From Kondoa subrosea (lineage: Eukaryota), in contig BCIN01000002.1 in the NCBI GenBank assembly GCA_039545335.1, positions 496,001 through 560,000 of the forward strand: a DNA stretch of 64,000 nucleotides. The letters run 5' to 3'. A program made the translations under genes and the position numbers. Position 1 is the stretch's first letter; every line of letters begins with the position of its first letter. The notes below the pieces were generated by a model, which did not search any database, had not been told where the DNA came from, and worked only from the letters and a program-made list of their open reading frames with translations. Of this stretch, positions 1-13,746 are shown in pieces.

Positions 1-1617
1 TTCGCTATCCGATGAACAATTGAATGCAGCCATTGATCAAGAACTTTCGCATAGTGGCGAAGAAGAAGATTCTTGGGAACAAATTCTATCGTCAGATCAA
101 ACAATGCCATCTACAGCTGCCAAAACGATGCTCAGCACTGTGGACTTGTGTCGATCAGCCACACCGGCTATCGAAATCGTACTGGCGAGGCTGCAATTTG
201 GTTTGACCACATACCCAGCAACGAATCAAATGGCAACCCGACTGAAGTTATCAACTAATTCTCTGGAGATTCTGGACGGTATAAAGACTTCCACTTGGCA
301 TAAGTTTTTGACCGAACTTCGAGTGGGGGACGGGGGTTTTGCCAGACCGGCTGAGGAGCCCATGTTGCGCGTCTTGTTCACTCAAATGAGGTCTGCGAAG
401 CAATTGAACGGGACAGAAGCTCGATTGAAGGTTGGTCATAATCAAACATTGTTGCAATTTGGACTCTGCTGACCGTGACAATGTAGCTAAAAATCGCTCC
501 TCTACGTTTGCATGTGGATCAAGATGCTGTAGACTTCCTTAAACGATTTGGCAGCTTTAAGAGCAGCAAACCCGACGTCTCGGCACCTCAGGCAAATGAA
601 GCCTTCATTCGTAAGAACGAATCCCTTCGAACATAGCTCTACTGATGCAGATTGCAGAACGGATCGAAATCTACCCTGTCAAGATCAAACTAGATTACAA
701 ACCGAAGCGTGTGGATTATACTGCTTTGCGCGGAGGCAAGCTATCGGAAATGATGAATTTCTTCCACTTTGATGGCTCCGAGATGATTTTACGATATATC
801 TCGCTTTCGGATGTGAGAATATGAATCTGCTCCTAATACGCATCGCTCAATATTTATAGATCACTGGCTGGTCTCGCATGTCAGATATGCTTCAAGACAT
901 ATGGACTCCAGATGTCAAAGCCAATCAGCTAGCAGGAGTTCTCGCTGGAATAGCTCCTATTCGCTCTGTCGTCAATGTTGGCAGTGGTGTAGCGGACTTG
1001 ATCCTTTTGCCCGTCGATCAATACCGGAAAGACGGAAGACTGCTGCGCGGACTCCAGAAAGGCGCTGCCTCTTTTTCTAAAAGTTCCGCTCTGGAAGCAC
1101 TGCGACTTGGAGCAAGATTGGCGACTGGGACGCAAGTCATCTTGGAAAAGGCCGAGTCGGTAATTGGAGCTCGAATTGGCTCCACCATGAACATGGAAAC
1201 CATCACTACCGAAGCTAGCCGCTCTCGGTATGCAGCACAACCGATAACAGCTGCAGCTGGCTTGAAAGGTGCTTATGAAGATCTTGGCGAAAATCTTCGG
1301 GCAACCGCACAAACTATCCTCGCCGTGCCAATGGAAGTGTATGAGCGCTCGAGTACTGATGTGAGTCCGATTCTTGCGATTAGGCTGCCTCTGATTTGCT
1401 GGACAGGGCTCTGTCAAGGCTGTGCTTCGCGCTATTCCAATTGCTATTCTTCACCCTGCGATCGGAGCTACAAGCGCAGTATCCAAGACCTTGATGGGCT
1501 TGACAAATCAATTAGATCCGTCAGAGTAAGATACTGTTCTTTTAGCACAACCTGAAAGGTTGCTAATCATTGTCATTTTCCGACAGTCTCGCTCGTCAAT
1601 CTGACAAATGGCGTTGA
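1..1617 (+). CDS. ATG2: Autophagy protein Atg2, C-terminal part (5'-truncated, spliced)
   Basis: Spliced translation gives LKIAPLRLHVDQDAVDFL, KLDYKPKRVDY, IWTPDVKANQLAGVLAGIAPIRSVVNVGSGVADLILLP, ILAVPMEVYE, typical of the Atg2 C-terminus; stop TGA 1615-1617. Confidence 0.9.
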
Positions 1618-1814
1618 ACTCATTTTTGTGGCATGCTGTCTATATTGTACTAACCCTTGTATCTCATCACATTCGTTACTTGTACTTCATCTCATGTCAT
1701 TATTAGCATTGTACTAGTATTACAAACCATATTTTCGCTCTACTATTTATGCCCATTACGTATTGGATATGTCTCAGACATGTGATATCTCATTCCCTTT
1801 GAATCCCTTTTGAC

Positions 1815-3973
1815 CTAGAACCATGATAATTGTCCATACACTACCGCTAAACTGATAGTCGTCAATATCGTTACCGGCAGAGCGTTCCATATTGCGAATT
1901 GCATGGGAGTGATATGAATGCCTTTCTGTTTGAGTATTTCTCTCCAAAGTAACCCAGCTAAAGAAGCCGCGAACGACAAACTAAGAGCGCCTGTCGGGGA
2001 AATTCAGCTCGATTGTTCTGGTAGCCTATAAGATTTCGATGGAGCTCACCGACGTTACTGCCCAGTGCTACTGCATAAATGGCGCCTTTGAGAATATTTG
2101 GGTTTGCCACGACATGAGAAGAGGAAGCGAAAGAGGGATGTTGTCTGTTCGTAACATCAGTATATATAGACCGTTTGAATCCGGAAAAAGTCTGCTTACA
2201 AGATCTGTACGACCAGAATAGTGGCTCCCTGATTTCCGTAATCGTTTTAGTATGAGGTAAGTAAGAGCGCACAATTCACTATCAACGTACGATGTTAGTG
2301 CCGCAGAAAGGACTGCGAAATACAACTCAGTCGTCAATTGACGGTGTTGGCCAAGAAAAGGAAACATACCAAAGAAAGATAGCTGTTAAATAACCAACAA
2401 AGAAGACTGATTTTGCCGGAGTAGTACAAATCGCTGCAAACCAACCAGCGAAAAGATCGATCCAACCCAAATGAGAAAGAGATCTGACCAAGATGAACAT
2501 ACAAGCTGCGAAAGGTAGTAAAGGGATAGGTAATTTTTTGATTGTAGTGCTTGTGACTGGAAATCTTGTACTGAATTTATGTGCTAAATAAGGTAAAGTA
2601 ATCCTATTAGAATTTGAGGAGGAGGAAGAGGAGTTGGAATTGGGTAAAGAATAATCAGGTTGATCCATCTTTGTTGCATCTGGGATCTTATCCATTTCTA
2701 ACGATTTCTCCTGAACAAAAGGACTTGTTGGACCTCTCTTGTAGTCGATGAGTAGATCATGAATCAAACCGATTCCTCCACCAGCTAAAGTGATTTCCCA
2801 TACTTTGACCAAATCGTCAGGTATGAAAGTGCTTCCTACTAAAACACCTAAAGTGGTGATCATTAGACAACCATGGAAAATAGCACCGTGTGGATCAATC
2901 AAGGCTGATCTTGGGTTAACATCGGGCATGACTAAAGTAGCTGGAATCGAGGTTGGTCTTGCTGTTCGAAAGAGGAAGAATAGAAGGATTGATCCAGCGA
3001 AAGCGGTAATGAAGGATGGTAAGATTGTGTATTTCGTAAAGCCTGTGATGAAATTCAGCTCAAATCCGCCAGCGATGAGGATGTTCGTTGGATTTGAAGA
3101 GACTAAGTGACTGGTAAGCAAAAGTCGCAAGGCACGGAGTTGTTCCACCTACCAAGGACAGCGGAAGCGATACTGAGATCTCGCGTGTCAGCGTGAGGAA
3201 CAAAGCCAACAAATTCGCTGCCTTACTTTGCTGCTGCAAATTCAGCAAAGACGAATGCTAAAGGTGGATTGATTCCAGTGATTCTGATGAAATAAGCCAA
3301 GAATGCCGAGCCACTCAATATAATAGGATCCTATATTATCAATAGAATTTGTTAGCTTGTGCAGGCTTTTTGAAGATAGAGACGAGAGACCAACATTGCC
3401 AAATATTACGCCAAAACTAAAGAAGAACCAGAAGAGCAGGAAGAATAGAAATGGACCAGATGTGCCTCCCTTTTGTGATATAAGAAACGCTAGCGATCGA
3501 AGAGCTCCCGTTCCGTCCAAGGCTATCGCTATGTAGGCGAGCGAGACGAATAGAACCAGAACATCGTAAGGTCTGGCGTGTCCTTCTCCTCCTAATCCTA
3601 AGCGTAAGACTTCTCTATCTATGGACGTTGTAGCCAGTAAGAGCAGTACTCCAATGACTGGTGCTGTTTCAAGCGAAAGATGTAAATGCCATGGACGATT
3701 CTTGCCTTCTTTTCGACTGATCAAACGAAGACGATAAGCGACGAATTCCAATGGCTTTTGTAGCCAAGAAGGCAGAAGAATGACTATTGGGTGCACAACG
3801 AGAAATACTATTTATACCCTTTTTTTCAGGTCTGGCACTGCTTTGAAAGCTGGAAGTGAGACTGACCGACGATGATGAAGACTGCCAAACCAAAGCCTGC
3901 ATAGCAATGAGTATGTCTTCGACGCATTACATGAGATTGTTTACTTACCAGAAAATCCATTCAAGTGTGCCAT
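1815..3973 (-). CDS. ArsB/NhaD (ion transporter superfamily) permease, fungal arsenite-efflux-like
   Basis: Multi-TM protein with YDVLVLFVSLAYIAIALDGTG, FGND-PIILSG, NIASAVLVSSNPTNILIA, GSNVGA...ASLAGLLW; several GT-AG introns; ATG 3973, TAG 1815. Confidence 0.8.
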
Positions 3974-4150
3974 GGTCGCTTGTCCGTGCCTTGTCAGCTT
4001 CCCTCTTATATCATTCCTGTACACGTTTTGCGCAGCATTTTTTCACCGCTCGCTCTCCCGTTCAAGGCGACGCGAGGCGGTTTGGGTATGACATCTTTTT
4101 TTTTTGTGATCGAAGGTTTCTTATCCTGCTTCAACCATTCACAGAGAAAC

Positions 4151-6255
4151 ATGGTAGAACAGAAGAAGAAAAGTGTGCTTATCGTTGGTGCTGGTGCTGC
4201 GGGAATGGCTGCAGCAGATACACTGGCTCAGCATCCAGATCGCTTCGATGTCACTTTAAGTTCGTTCCTTTATGCTGTAAATCTGGGATGTTGACTGATT
4301 CAAGATGGCTATAGTCGATGCTGTTGATTACTGCGGTAAGATTACTGAAGTCCAACTGCGCTCTGATCAAGCTGAGATCCGATTAAGGGGGTCAAGCATT
4401 CTCGATACCGATCGACAAAGAGCGACATGGAGCAAGTTGGCTCAATCAAGGTGTTCAAGGCGGATCCTACATCTATCATCATTCTTTCAAGATGTTTGAG
4501 AAACAAGGTCATATGTCTACACCAGTCAAACTTCAAGTTTCATTTGGGAAAGATGAGACTTTCTGGACAAACGTCTTCCCTACCAAGCTTGTTGAGAAAC
4601 ATCGAAGCGAAATCAAACGCTTTCATAGAGCTTTGAGAGTCATCAAGTATACTGAATTGCTATGGGTCTATATTCCAATCAAGGTTATGGGAAAGATGTG
4701 AGTACATTCTCTTATTCAGCTCTATACTATCTGAATCATGACTGATCCAGATTCTTCTTGTCGTATGTAATCTCTAGCTTTTGGTCATATATCGGCTGAT
4801 CAAAAGTTTAGCAACGATTTCTTGAATTACATGATTCTCCCTACGATTGCGCTCTTCTTGGGTACCGGAAACGCTACTCCAGATGTGTCGTCGCTCGTAA
4901 TGGAACGACTCTTCACTAGTCCCACATTCGGTGAGTCTGCCTGCCATCGACGAGAAATAGCTGAACATGTTTTATAGGCATGTGGTACCCTGGTGATCCC
5001 GAGTCTCTGATATCGAATCTTCCACCTATGGTGTATGTAATGTGTCTCAGTCAGAACGCCATATAGCTGATAATACACACAGTGTCTTTCCCGAATTTAG
5101 CAAGGTGAGATCTCAGGCCTACATTACGAGCGATGACTCCTCTGACTTGCTATGTGCTAGTTTTATGGAGACTGGAAAGAAGATTTAGAGAGCAAAGGAG
5201 TCAAAGTTCGCCTATCGACTGAATTATCACACGTCATTTCTAGAGACAAACATTCAGTCAAAGTAGCTATCCGACCTCGCAGACCAGTAGAAGATGGTCA
5301 TAACCCAGTAGGAGAAGATCATGATTTACCTTTGGGAGAAGAAGAGTATGATGAGTTGATACTTTGCGTTTTGGCTGATACGGCAAAAATCATTCTTGGC
5401 AAACAAGCGAGGTGGATCGAGAAACGTGTTTTGAGTGGTGCCAATTTCTCAGACGATATTACTGTTACCCATTGGGATAGTGATTGTGAGTTTTGACCCG
5501 CGCGCACAGAAGGAGAAAACTCATCTTGGTGTCCAATAGATATCAAGAAATACTATGAAAGTTTCTATAACGAGAAAGAAGCTGTGGAAAACTTGCATGG
5601 AAAAGATGAAACTGCTCGGATTGAAGTTGGCAAGAAAGAATTCAAACCAATGTACTACATTCGGCAACAAAAAGAAGATCCAAGGAAGTTGGACATGTGT
5701 TTCGATTGCACCAATTATCAAGCTCAATTCCCTACTGATGTACCTTTTGATCGACATATCTTCCAAACTATCTTCCTCAACAAAAAGGACAAGCATTTAT
5801 GGACGATGGATGAAATCGATCCTGACAAGATTATTCGCAAAGATTGGTGGCATGTAAGAGGGTTTATCATTCATGCAAGCTGATTGCTCAGATGCTGAAC
5901 TTCTTACAGCAACTGTGTCATCGATTTACACTTTACGCTTTAGTTGTACCCTGGATGTGGCTCTTGAATGGACGAAAGCGAACAACTTACGCAGCAGCTT
6001 GGACTTTAGTGAATGCACATGAAGTGGCAATTATCTCAGGAATGGCAGCAGCCTATCGTTTGGGCGGTGAGTTTCAATTCAGTACAACCTTTTGATCTTT
6101 GCTAAAGATGTGAACACGCCACTTCAGCTGCTTACCCTAAAGATCTTGAAGATGATAGCTTTGCTCTACTCTGCTTCCGTCTTTACCTCTTGCTTGCTCA
6201 TGGTACATGGTACAAGAAGGGTTCTCATGCTCAGAATGATACAAGACACGACTAG
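4151..6255 (+). CDS. Flavin-containing amine oxidase-like FAD/NAD(P)-binding protein
   Basis: N-terminal Rossmann motif VLIVGAGAAGMAAA, WLNQGVQGGS, ALFLGTGN, WTLVNAHEVAIISGMAAAYRLGA; many introns including microexons. Confidence 0.8.
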
Positions 6256-6499
6256 AATCGTTCTTGTATACAATGCTTGTATATATAGTCCTCATGATGT
6301 ACATCCCTTGTGTGTATAGAGTCCCTGCAGATTCCTTCGCTCTTCAACTTGTAAACAACGGATCGGCCATGTCCATTTGTAACTTTCAACTCGAAGCGAG
6401 GATTGCCCATTCCCTTACGGCCAACAAGATACCCTCTCTACTTGGAAGGATGTGCTGTAGATCAGCATAAGTGTCGTTGCTTTGAGACGGTAGCAAGTC

Positions 6500-8415
6500 A
6501 TGTCTGCGCAATCGTTAGCTCGCTCAAGCAGCAGCAATGTCAAAACTTCAAAGAAAACAGTCAAAGTACCGAAGCGACAGAAGAGCAGGCGCGATAGGGC
6601 TACAGAAGACAGTGATGGAGCGGATACAGATGAGTCAGTGCAAGAGGAGGAAGAGGACCAAGGGAATGATTCTTCAAGCTCAAGCGATTCTTCAGCAAGA
6701 AGTCGTTCGAGTTCCCAGTCTTCAGCTAAAAGCAACAACCTGGCCAACTCACTCATCCTTACTGCTGGTGCTGATACGGATGTCATATCTCCAGCTACTT
6801 CAGAGGGCGATGCTCGGTCAAACATACCTAAACAAGCTTCTCAAATCTCTCTCGCTCCTGATCTGGATTCTTCTGCTGTGTCGTCGATACAAGGATCAAC
6901 TGCTATGCCCAATGGTAGACCAAGGCAGAAAAGCATCAGAAGAAGCTCAGCCGTATCGTATGATCAGAATGAACCTAAACCCGAGGCAAGAAGACCGAAA
7001 CGAGTGCAACAGGAATCCTTCTCTATAGAGCCGCCCGAAGTAGAGCAACAGTCAGCAGTAGAAGAAGAAGAACAGAAACCGCATGTGGATCTGGCCTCTT
7101 ATCCAACTGCTCATCTTCTGCATCTTCTCGCCGAGCTTTTACAACAAATAGCTTCTGCAAACGAAAATCTTCGACCGAATGGTCAATCAACCTTTCCCTT
7201 TCCTTCTCCTTCTGCACCTATTTCAACAGCTGCAGGTCTTTTACCAGATACAGCAGAAACGACTCTGTCTCGTATGACGCCCTTCATGACGCCCTTTGAT
7301 ATCAGTTCAAGCACAGCAGCTCATGCCGAAGACTATTTTGCAGCTCGTTCAACAGCAACTTCTACAGATGTGGAAATGAATTCACCTGCTACTCCTTTTA
7401 CGCCATTTCAAACTTATCAACCTATGCCTTCTACTTCAAAAGGATATCGAGATTCGGCAGTTTTGACAGCTAGTAAATCTGCACTTAAAAGCTCAAGTGG
7501 TACATTATGCTTTCATGCGAGAAACATACCTGGCATTGGCATTGAGCAATATTTATTGCGAATACTCAAGTGTGAGTGACATCTGCATGTCTTTCACAAT
7601 TGTGTCTGACGTGTTGTGTCCCAATCACAGACTGTCCGACAACAAACGAAGTGTTCATAGCCCTCCTCATCTACTTCGATCGAATGGCTCAAATCACCCA
7701 AAAAGCAGCATGTGGTCTTCTATTCTCCCAACCTGAACCCTCTTCTTCAAAGGCTCGACATCCGCCTCGAGTGTTTGCCGTCGACGCTTTCAACATTCAT
7801 CGACTTCTTATAGCAGGCGTTACCGTCGCTTCCAAATTCTTTTCGGACGTCTTTTACACCAATTCCCGTTATGCTAAAGTTGGTGGTTTACCTCTTCACG
7901 AATTAAACCAACTAGAACTACAATTCCTGTTGTTAAATGATTTCAACTTGGTCGTCCCGTTGGAAGAAATGCAACGTTACGCCGATGGTCTGCTCTATTA
8001 TTTCAAAGATGCGCAACGTAAGCCACCACCTTCAACATCATCTTCTTCCCCTATTGTACCTCCTACATTGAATGCAGCTACTTTATCACAAAGAGAAAAG
8101 GCAGCAGCAACCAACAACAACAACATACCTAATCAACGTCCACCTAACGTACCTCATTTAGCTCATATGCGATCCTATTCCAATTCTATGCGATCTTCTT
8201 CAACTACTTCAGAAAGCGGTAGTTCAACTGTTGGAGGAAGAAGTGATTGTTCTAGTGTTGCTTCAACGGGTACGATTAGGAATATGGAATCTAGTAGGGA
8301 AAGTTCAGATGTTGATGATGGAGGAGGAGGAGCAGATTCGGATAAGGATTCGGATGAAGATGAAGAAGCTGAAGATGATGAAGAAGTTGAAAATAGTAAA
8401 AGAATGGAAGAGTAA
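6500..8415 (+). CDS. Pho80/Pcl-family cyclin (Pho85 partner)
   Basis: [86 protein letters not shown]; one intron about 7571-7631. Confidence 0.88.
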
Positions 8416-8542
8416 TGGAATGGAATGGTTGTTGTGGTTGTTGCATGTATCTTGGATCGTAATCGTATCGTATTACTCGGGCTGTCAATAGTGTATATAG
8501 GGCATATTTCTATAATAGATGAGGTCTCTCTTAAACCGCAAC

Positions 8543-11403
8543 ATGACTGATCTGGAAGACAAGCCTTATTGGGAGCAACAGCTCAATGTGGCTCCCATCA
8601 AGACTGAGTTTGTGTTATGGGATCAGATCAATGAAGCCAAGGAAAAGCGAATGAAAGCGAAATTAAATAATCCAGTCGAGAATTCAGACGATGCAGCAGA
8701 GAAGGGTACATTCATTGCTGCTCATTCAACGCAGGATGATGCTGCTGAAGAGAGTGGCCGACCAGCCAAGAAGCAGAAAATGGATCATAGGGGAAATGAC
8801 AAGCAACCTCACAAAAAGGGCAAGAAGGGTAAAGCTAGTGCTTTGAAAGGTTGTGATGGACTGTGTCAGGTAAGGCTTGATTGCTACAATTTTGTCGAGA
8901 TATTCAAAAAGATGTGTTCGTAGGCTACAGCTCGAGGCAAAGAATGCAAGCGATCTACTGAACCTCGAGGGTAAGCACAAAGATCTATTTCATTCCGCTC
9001 GTGTTATTGATCTTCTTCTTCTTCTACAGATGCAAGCTTTCGCACGATCTGATCGCTTACCTCGCAACGAAAGAAGCAGATCTGACTATTCCTACTTCCG
9101 AATCACACGAAGCCTATATCACCAATCTCGACGTGCCACAATACACACCTTCTTGTCCAGCATATGCAGCACTAGGTGTCTGTCCACAAGGCTTCAAATG
9201 TCGTTTCCTCTCTTCCCATATTCAGACCGTTCCAGCCGGTGAAGGAGTACTAGGATCCAACGCTCGACTTCTTTCGGATGAGAACAAACTCCGAGAAACT
9301 TGTCTTATTGTTCTGAGAGGCGATCAATCCAAACTGGATAACATGTCCGTCAAAGAAATGGAAGATCTCATTTACCTTACTAAAGGGGAACTCAATTTCG
9401 TCGGAGCGGAACAGCAAAAGTTTCATAGAGGGAAGAAAGCGGAAGCTTACCCAAAATCAGTCGTTTATTTCGAAAGCATTGGTGAAGTTTGGGATAAGGA
9501 AAATGATTCTTCTGGTCGAGGTGGAAAAGGCGGAAGAGGTAGAGGTAGAGGAGGGGAACGAGGTGGAAAAGGCGGAAGAAATGGTGTGCCAGAAGTGCAA
9601 ATGAAAGAACCCGAACCTGAATCAAAGCAAGATCAAGCACCTCCGGAAACATCACCATCTGAACTTAAAGAGGCAGTCTCTACTTCCGTTGCGTCAGAAG
9701 CAAATTCTACAGACATTCCGCTAGAATCTCCGGCTGATGAAAGTCGCATCATCATGGAGCCAGCTATTGTCGGACTGGAAGACAAAACGAGGAATTCATC
9801 CAAACCAGATCGCGGTATATTAGCTCCTAGAGAAAAGAAGCGACTCGACTTTAGAGATAAGCTATACCTGGCTCCACTGACAACTACTGGCAATTTGCCT
9901 TTTCGACGACTTTGCGTCAACTACGGAGCCGATGTTACCTGTTCCGAGTAAGTTTATCTCTTCACTTGAGTAGATCTTGCTAAGTGTTGAAATAGGATGT
10001 TAGTGATAGACCATGATACTCTCTCATTGCTCATATCTCGTAAAGGGCGGTCGCTTCCGAATTCATGGTTGGAAACCCAAGCGAATGGTCTCTAGTCAGA
10101 CGACATCCATCTGAGAAGACTTATGGTGAGTACATCAATCTGATTAGTGAAGAGTCACTGATTTCGCGATCTGGTAGGTGTGCAGATTTGTGGATCAAGA
10201 CCTATGCAGTTGGTACCAGCAGCAGAAGCTGTTCTTGCTACATGTCCAGACGTAGATTTCATCGATGTCAATTGCGGATGCCCGATCGATCTTATCGTGA
10301 GCTATCCGTATTAGCTCGTATACTTGATTCTCATCCCTTCGGGTAGTTCAACAAAGGAGCTGGTTCAGCTTTACTTGAGCATGCTACAAAGCTTGGAAAT
10401 AGTCTAGCAGGACTCAATAGTGTGCTCGGTGAAACGCCTTTAACTGTCAAACTTCGAATGGGCGTCAAAGACAACTCGCCTGTGGCTCATAAACTCATTC
10501 CTCGTTTATCAAAAGAATGGAGTATCAGTGCTGCTACTGTATGTTTTCAAATCGCCATCATTCTTGCGAATCTGACCTATGCGTGCCAGTTACATGGTCG
10601 ATCGAGAGCGCAACGATATTCAAGACAAGCAGATTACAGCTACATAGCAGAATGCGTCAATGCTCTGCGATCAACAGAAGAAGAACATTCTTTACCTCGA
10701 ATGCCTTTGCTTGGTAATGGAGATGCTTACGATCCGGTTATCTATTGGGACACCATTGAGAAGACTGGTGTAGACGCTATCATGGTCGCCAGAGGGGCTT
10801 TGATCAAACCCTGGATTTTCACTGAGCTGAAAGAAAGGAGACATTGGGATATTTCTGCTAGAGAACGGTTGGATGGTATTGGCAATTTGGCAAGAATGGG
10901 TTTGGAACATTGGTAAGCTAGACAAAGTGATATGTGACAATGCATATGCTGAGTTCCTCTTAGGGGAGCTGACACCAATGGAATCCAAACCACTCGTCGA
11001 TTTATGTGCGAAGCTCTATCATTTCAGTATCGCTATGTTCCATTAGTAAGTGGTTTTATAATGTCCTGCTGCCTCATCTCATTGATCTAATAGGGAATTC
11101 TGGACCACACTCCTGTTAAGATGACTGATCGCCCGTGAGTTCCTCACCTAATCTAGCCATCCACTTTGCTGACAATAGCTCAGAATGGCTTTCCGCGGTC
11201 GCAATGAGCTCGAGGTGCGCTTTGTCCACTAACCCGAGATTTGAAGCTGATTCATCATCATGTAATAGACTCTGCTGGCTTCTGACAAAGCCTCGGATTG
11301 GATCAAGTTGACCGAGATGTACTTGGGCAAAGACGAGAGTTTCGAGTTTGCAGCAAAGCATGCGAGCAAGTCATACGATCGGGATGAGAGTGCTATGGGA
11401 TAG
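8543..11403 (+). CDS. DUS3: tRNA-dihydrouridine(47) synthase Dus3 with CCCH zinc fingers
   Basis: APIKTEF N-terminus, [74 protein letters not shown]; many introns. Confidence 0.93.
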
Positions 11404-11578
11404 TCTAGTGTAGAATACAAAGCACACAAGATCGTTCTATGCAATAAACACGGGAAACACCGGAATTGCGCGTAACACCTGAAGGACTATATGCACACTG
11501 CTTTTGTGCAGTTCAGATCAGAGGCCGGAAGCGCAAGAGCATTCTCATGTGAGCATTCCTGTAGCTTGATGGGGATAA

Positions 11579-11878
11579 CTGCAAAAGAACAGAGCGGATC
11601 AGCTTAAGTACATCTAGGCAAAGCAACGATGCAAGGGCAAAAAGAGGGAAATTTAACGAAGTCCAGGAACTCTTATTGGGTGCGATTCACTTGTGAGGAT
11701 TCCCGCGGGCAAAAGCAGAATCGCATGACCAAGGCTCGCATGGAAAAGAAAAGCGTCTCATGGGATGGCAAAAGCAAGTGATGACCATTGACCTCCCGCA
11801 GGAGGCAGTGACAGTACATACGAGACGCAGGCTAGAGCACGGAGACGCAGACAAGATTGTCCAAATTTGAGGACTTAC
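11579..11878 (-). other. Candidate 300-nt structured intron or ncRNA in an apparently non-coding spliced locus
   Basis: Minus strand has GTAAGT donor (11878), GCTGAT branch and TTTTGCAG acceptor (11579); several internal inverted repeats; no recognisable ORF in the flanks. Confidence 0.35.
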
Positions 11879-12189
11879 GCTTTAAGATCGAGGTGAGATG
11901 GCCGAAGGCTTGAAATTTTGGTCTTCTTCAGATGGAGCGGCAGATGGAAGAGCTGAGCAGTAAGCGCAAGTGAAGGCTAGCCTCGAATGTACAGTAGATG
12001 GACACTTTGTAGATGTGATCAACAGAGAGAGTACGCGACGCAATGAAGATGTAGATAACAATTGCCGCCGAGTGCACTGAGAATAAGAGCATAGAGCGGC
12101 CGGAACACAAGAGCCCGACACAAAAGCTTGATGACTGTAACAGGAAGAGAAATGCTTGAACTCATTCAGCGATGTGACTCGGACCCAGC

Positions 12190-13411
12190 ATGGGTCAGCC
12201 GAAGACTTGCTGGCTTCTCCGACTTCCTGACGAGCTCATTGAACAAATTCTGCTGGACATCCCTCGTCCGCCTTGCTTATCTGCTCAAAGACGACGAGTC
12301 TGCTCCCTTCTATTCATCTGTCGGCGCATACATCGCATCTTCAGCCCTATATGTTATGTCCATCTTATCGTGCCCAAGCGCTTCCACTCTTTGGCTCAAG
12401 CTTTGAAGCTACAGCCTTATATTGCTGTATCGGTGAAATCCATCAAGCTGTCAAGACTTGGGCAACCTTTCATGTCTATGGCTTTGCGTAGTATCGTCAT
12501 GTCATGTCCGAATGTTACGGAAATGGATATAGCGTTGAAGCATACAATCAAGAAGGAAACGGATGTGAGTTTGATCGCGTGCCAATGGCTTCATCGCTTA
12601 GGTATGGCCTATCAGCTTGTGACTCTGCTGCAGATCGCTGCTCTAGCCAAGCCGAAACATCTGACTATAGGCTACGATCTTCCGCGGAGGCAGGAGGTGA
12701 GTCTTCGCCGTTCATCTATAACCTCAAGACTTATACTTTCTGCAGCACGTCGATACCCTCTCAGAAGCTGCTTTCATACCTGAAGGAGCTCTCATCAAGT
12801 CCTTTCTCGCTGATAATACAAATCATATCCTTGATTCACTAACGTATGTTCCGCATTCAGCACCTCAGAATCATTCTGATTGGTGGGTGTGAGATCATAC
12901 AGACTTTGTACTGGCTGGGAACTCTTCCTACCTGATCTCGTCACATTCCCTGTCCGAACTCTCTATATCTCTCATCTCCAACTATGGCCCATTTCAGATC
13001 TCACAAAAATCATTAAAGACAACCCATTCCTCGAGAAAGTCTATCTTGGTACTATACACAAAGCACATGATCCAGTTTGGACTATGAACAATAAAGATGT
13101 GACGAACAAACTCAAGGTGGGCAGATTTGATCTTCAACCTCGTATATTCGAGTCGAAGCGTCAGGTTGCTTCCACAGATGCTCAAGAAACGACTGAAGTC
13201 GGAACCTGAGAAGCTATTACTGCTCAAGCAGCTACAATACTGTATGTTCAACCTCAATACTGCAGGTAATGGTTGATCGAAAGCTGTAGCTCGAACATAT
13301 ATTAAATCAGCTATGCAACTCATTGAAGAAGAACAAGCCAAACTAGCAAAATTGAAATTGGATTTGCCTGCTCCTTCTGCTCACAGAGAGTATGAGCCTT
13401 GGTGGTTGTGA
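12190..13411 (+). CDS. F-box-like hypothetical protein
   Basis: N-terminal LLRLPDELIEQIL...LLFICRRIHRI is F-box-like; five GT-AG introns join the frames to TGA 13409-13411. Confidence 0.6.
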
Positions 13412-13746
13412 ACCTTGTGCTAATCATTAATCATTGAGAGGGTTTATGATATCCATGCATTGATAGGGACAATATGTATCTGTACATTAGAACATTTGTG
13501 TAATGCTATTCGCGAATACCCTCATCTATTTCCACTCGACCTCTCTTTCTCTCAAAACCACCAATGGCGAAGCAAATTGACTTTATAAAAGTCTCATAGC
13601 TACACTAAGGACATGGCACAACCTTTATGAATCCGGACTTGGTACAAGCCTATTTTATTGGTCAGAGCAAAAGCAAAGCAGAGAAATAAGCCGGCACGAG
13701 GGGGATTTCTCAACTCATCTGGTGTGACTATTGATCTAGCTACAAT

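Noticed and set aside
11590..11890. RNase MRP/P RNA, U1, U3, SRP, telomerase RNA or TPP riboswitch
   Set aside because: AAGTCC/GGACTT resembles a P4 pairing, but no P3 hairpin or other conserved boxes or template could be found; kept only as an unidentified structured element.
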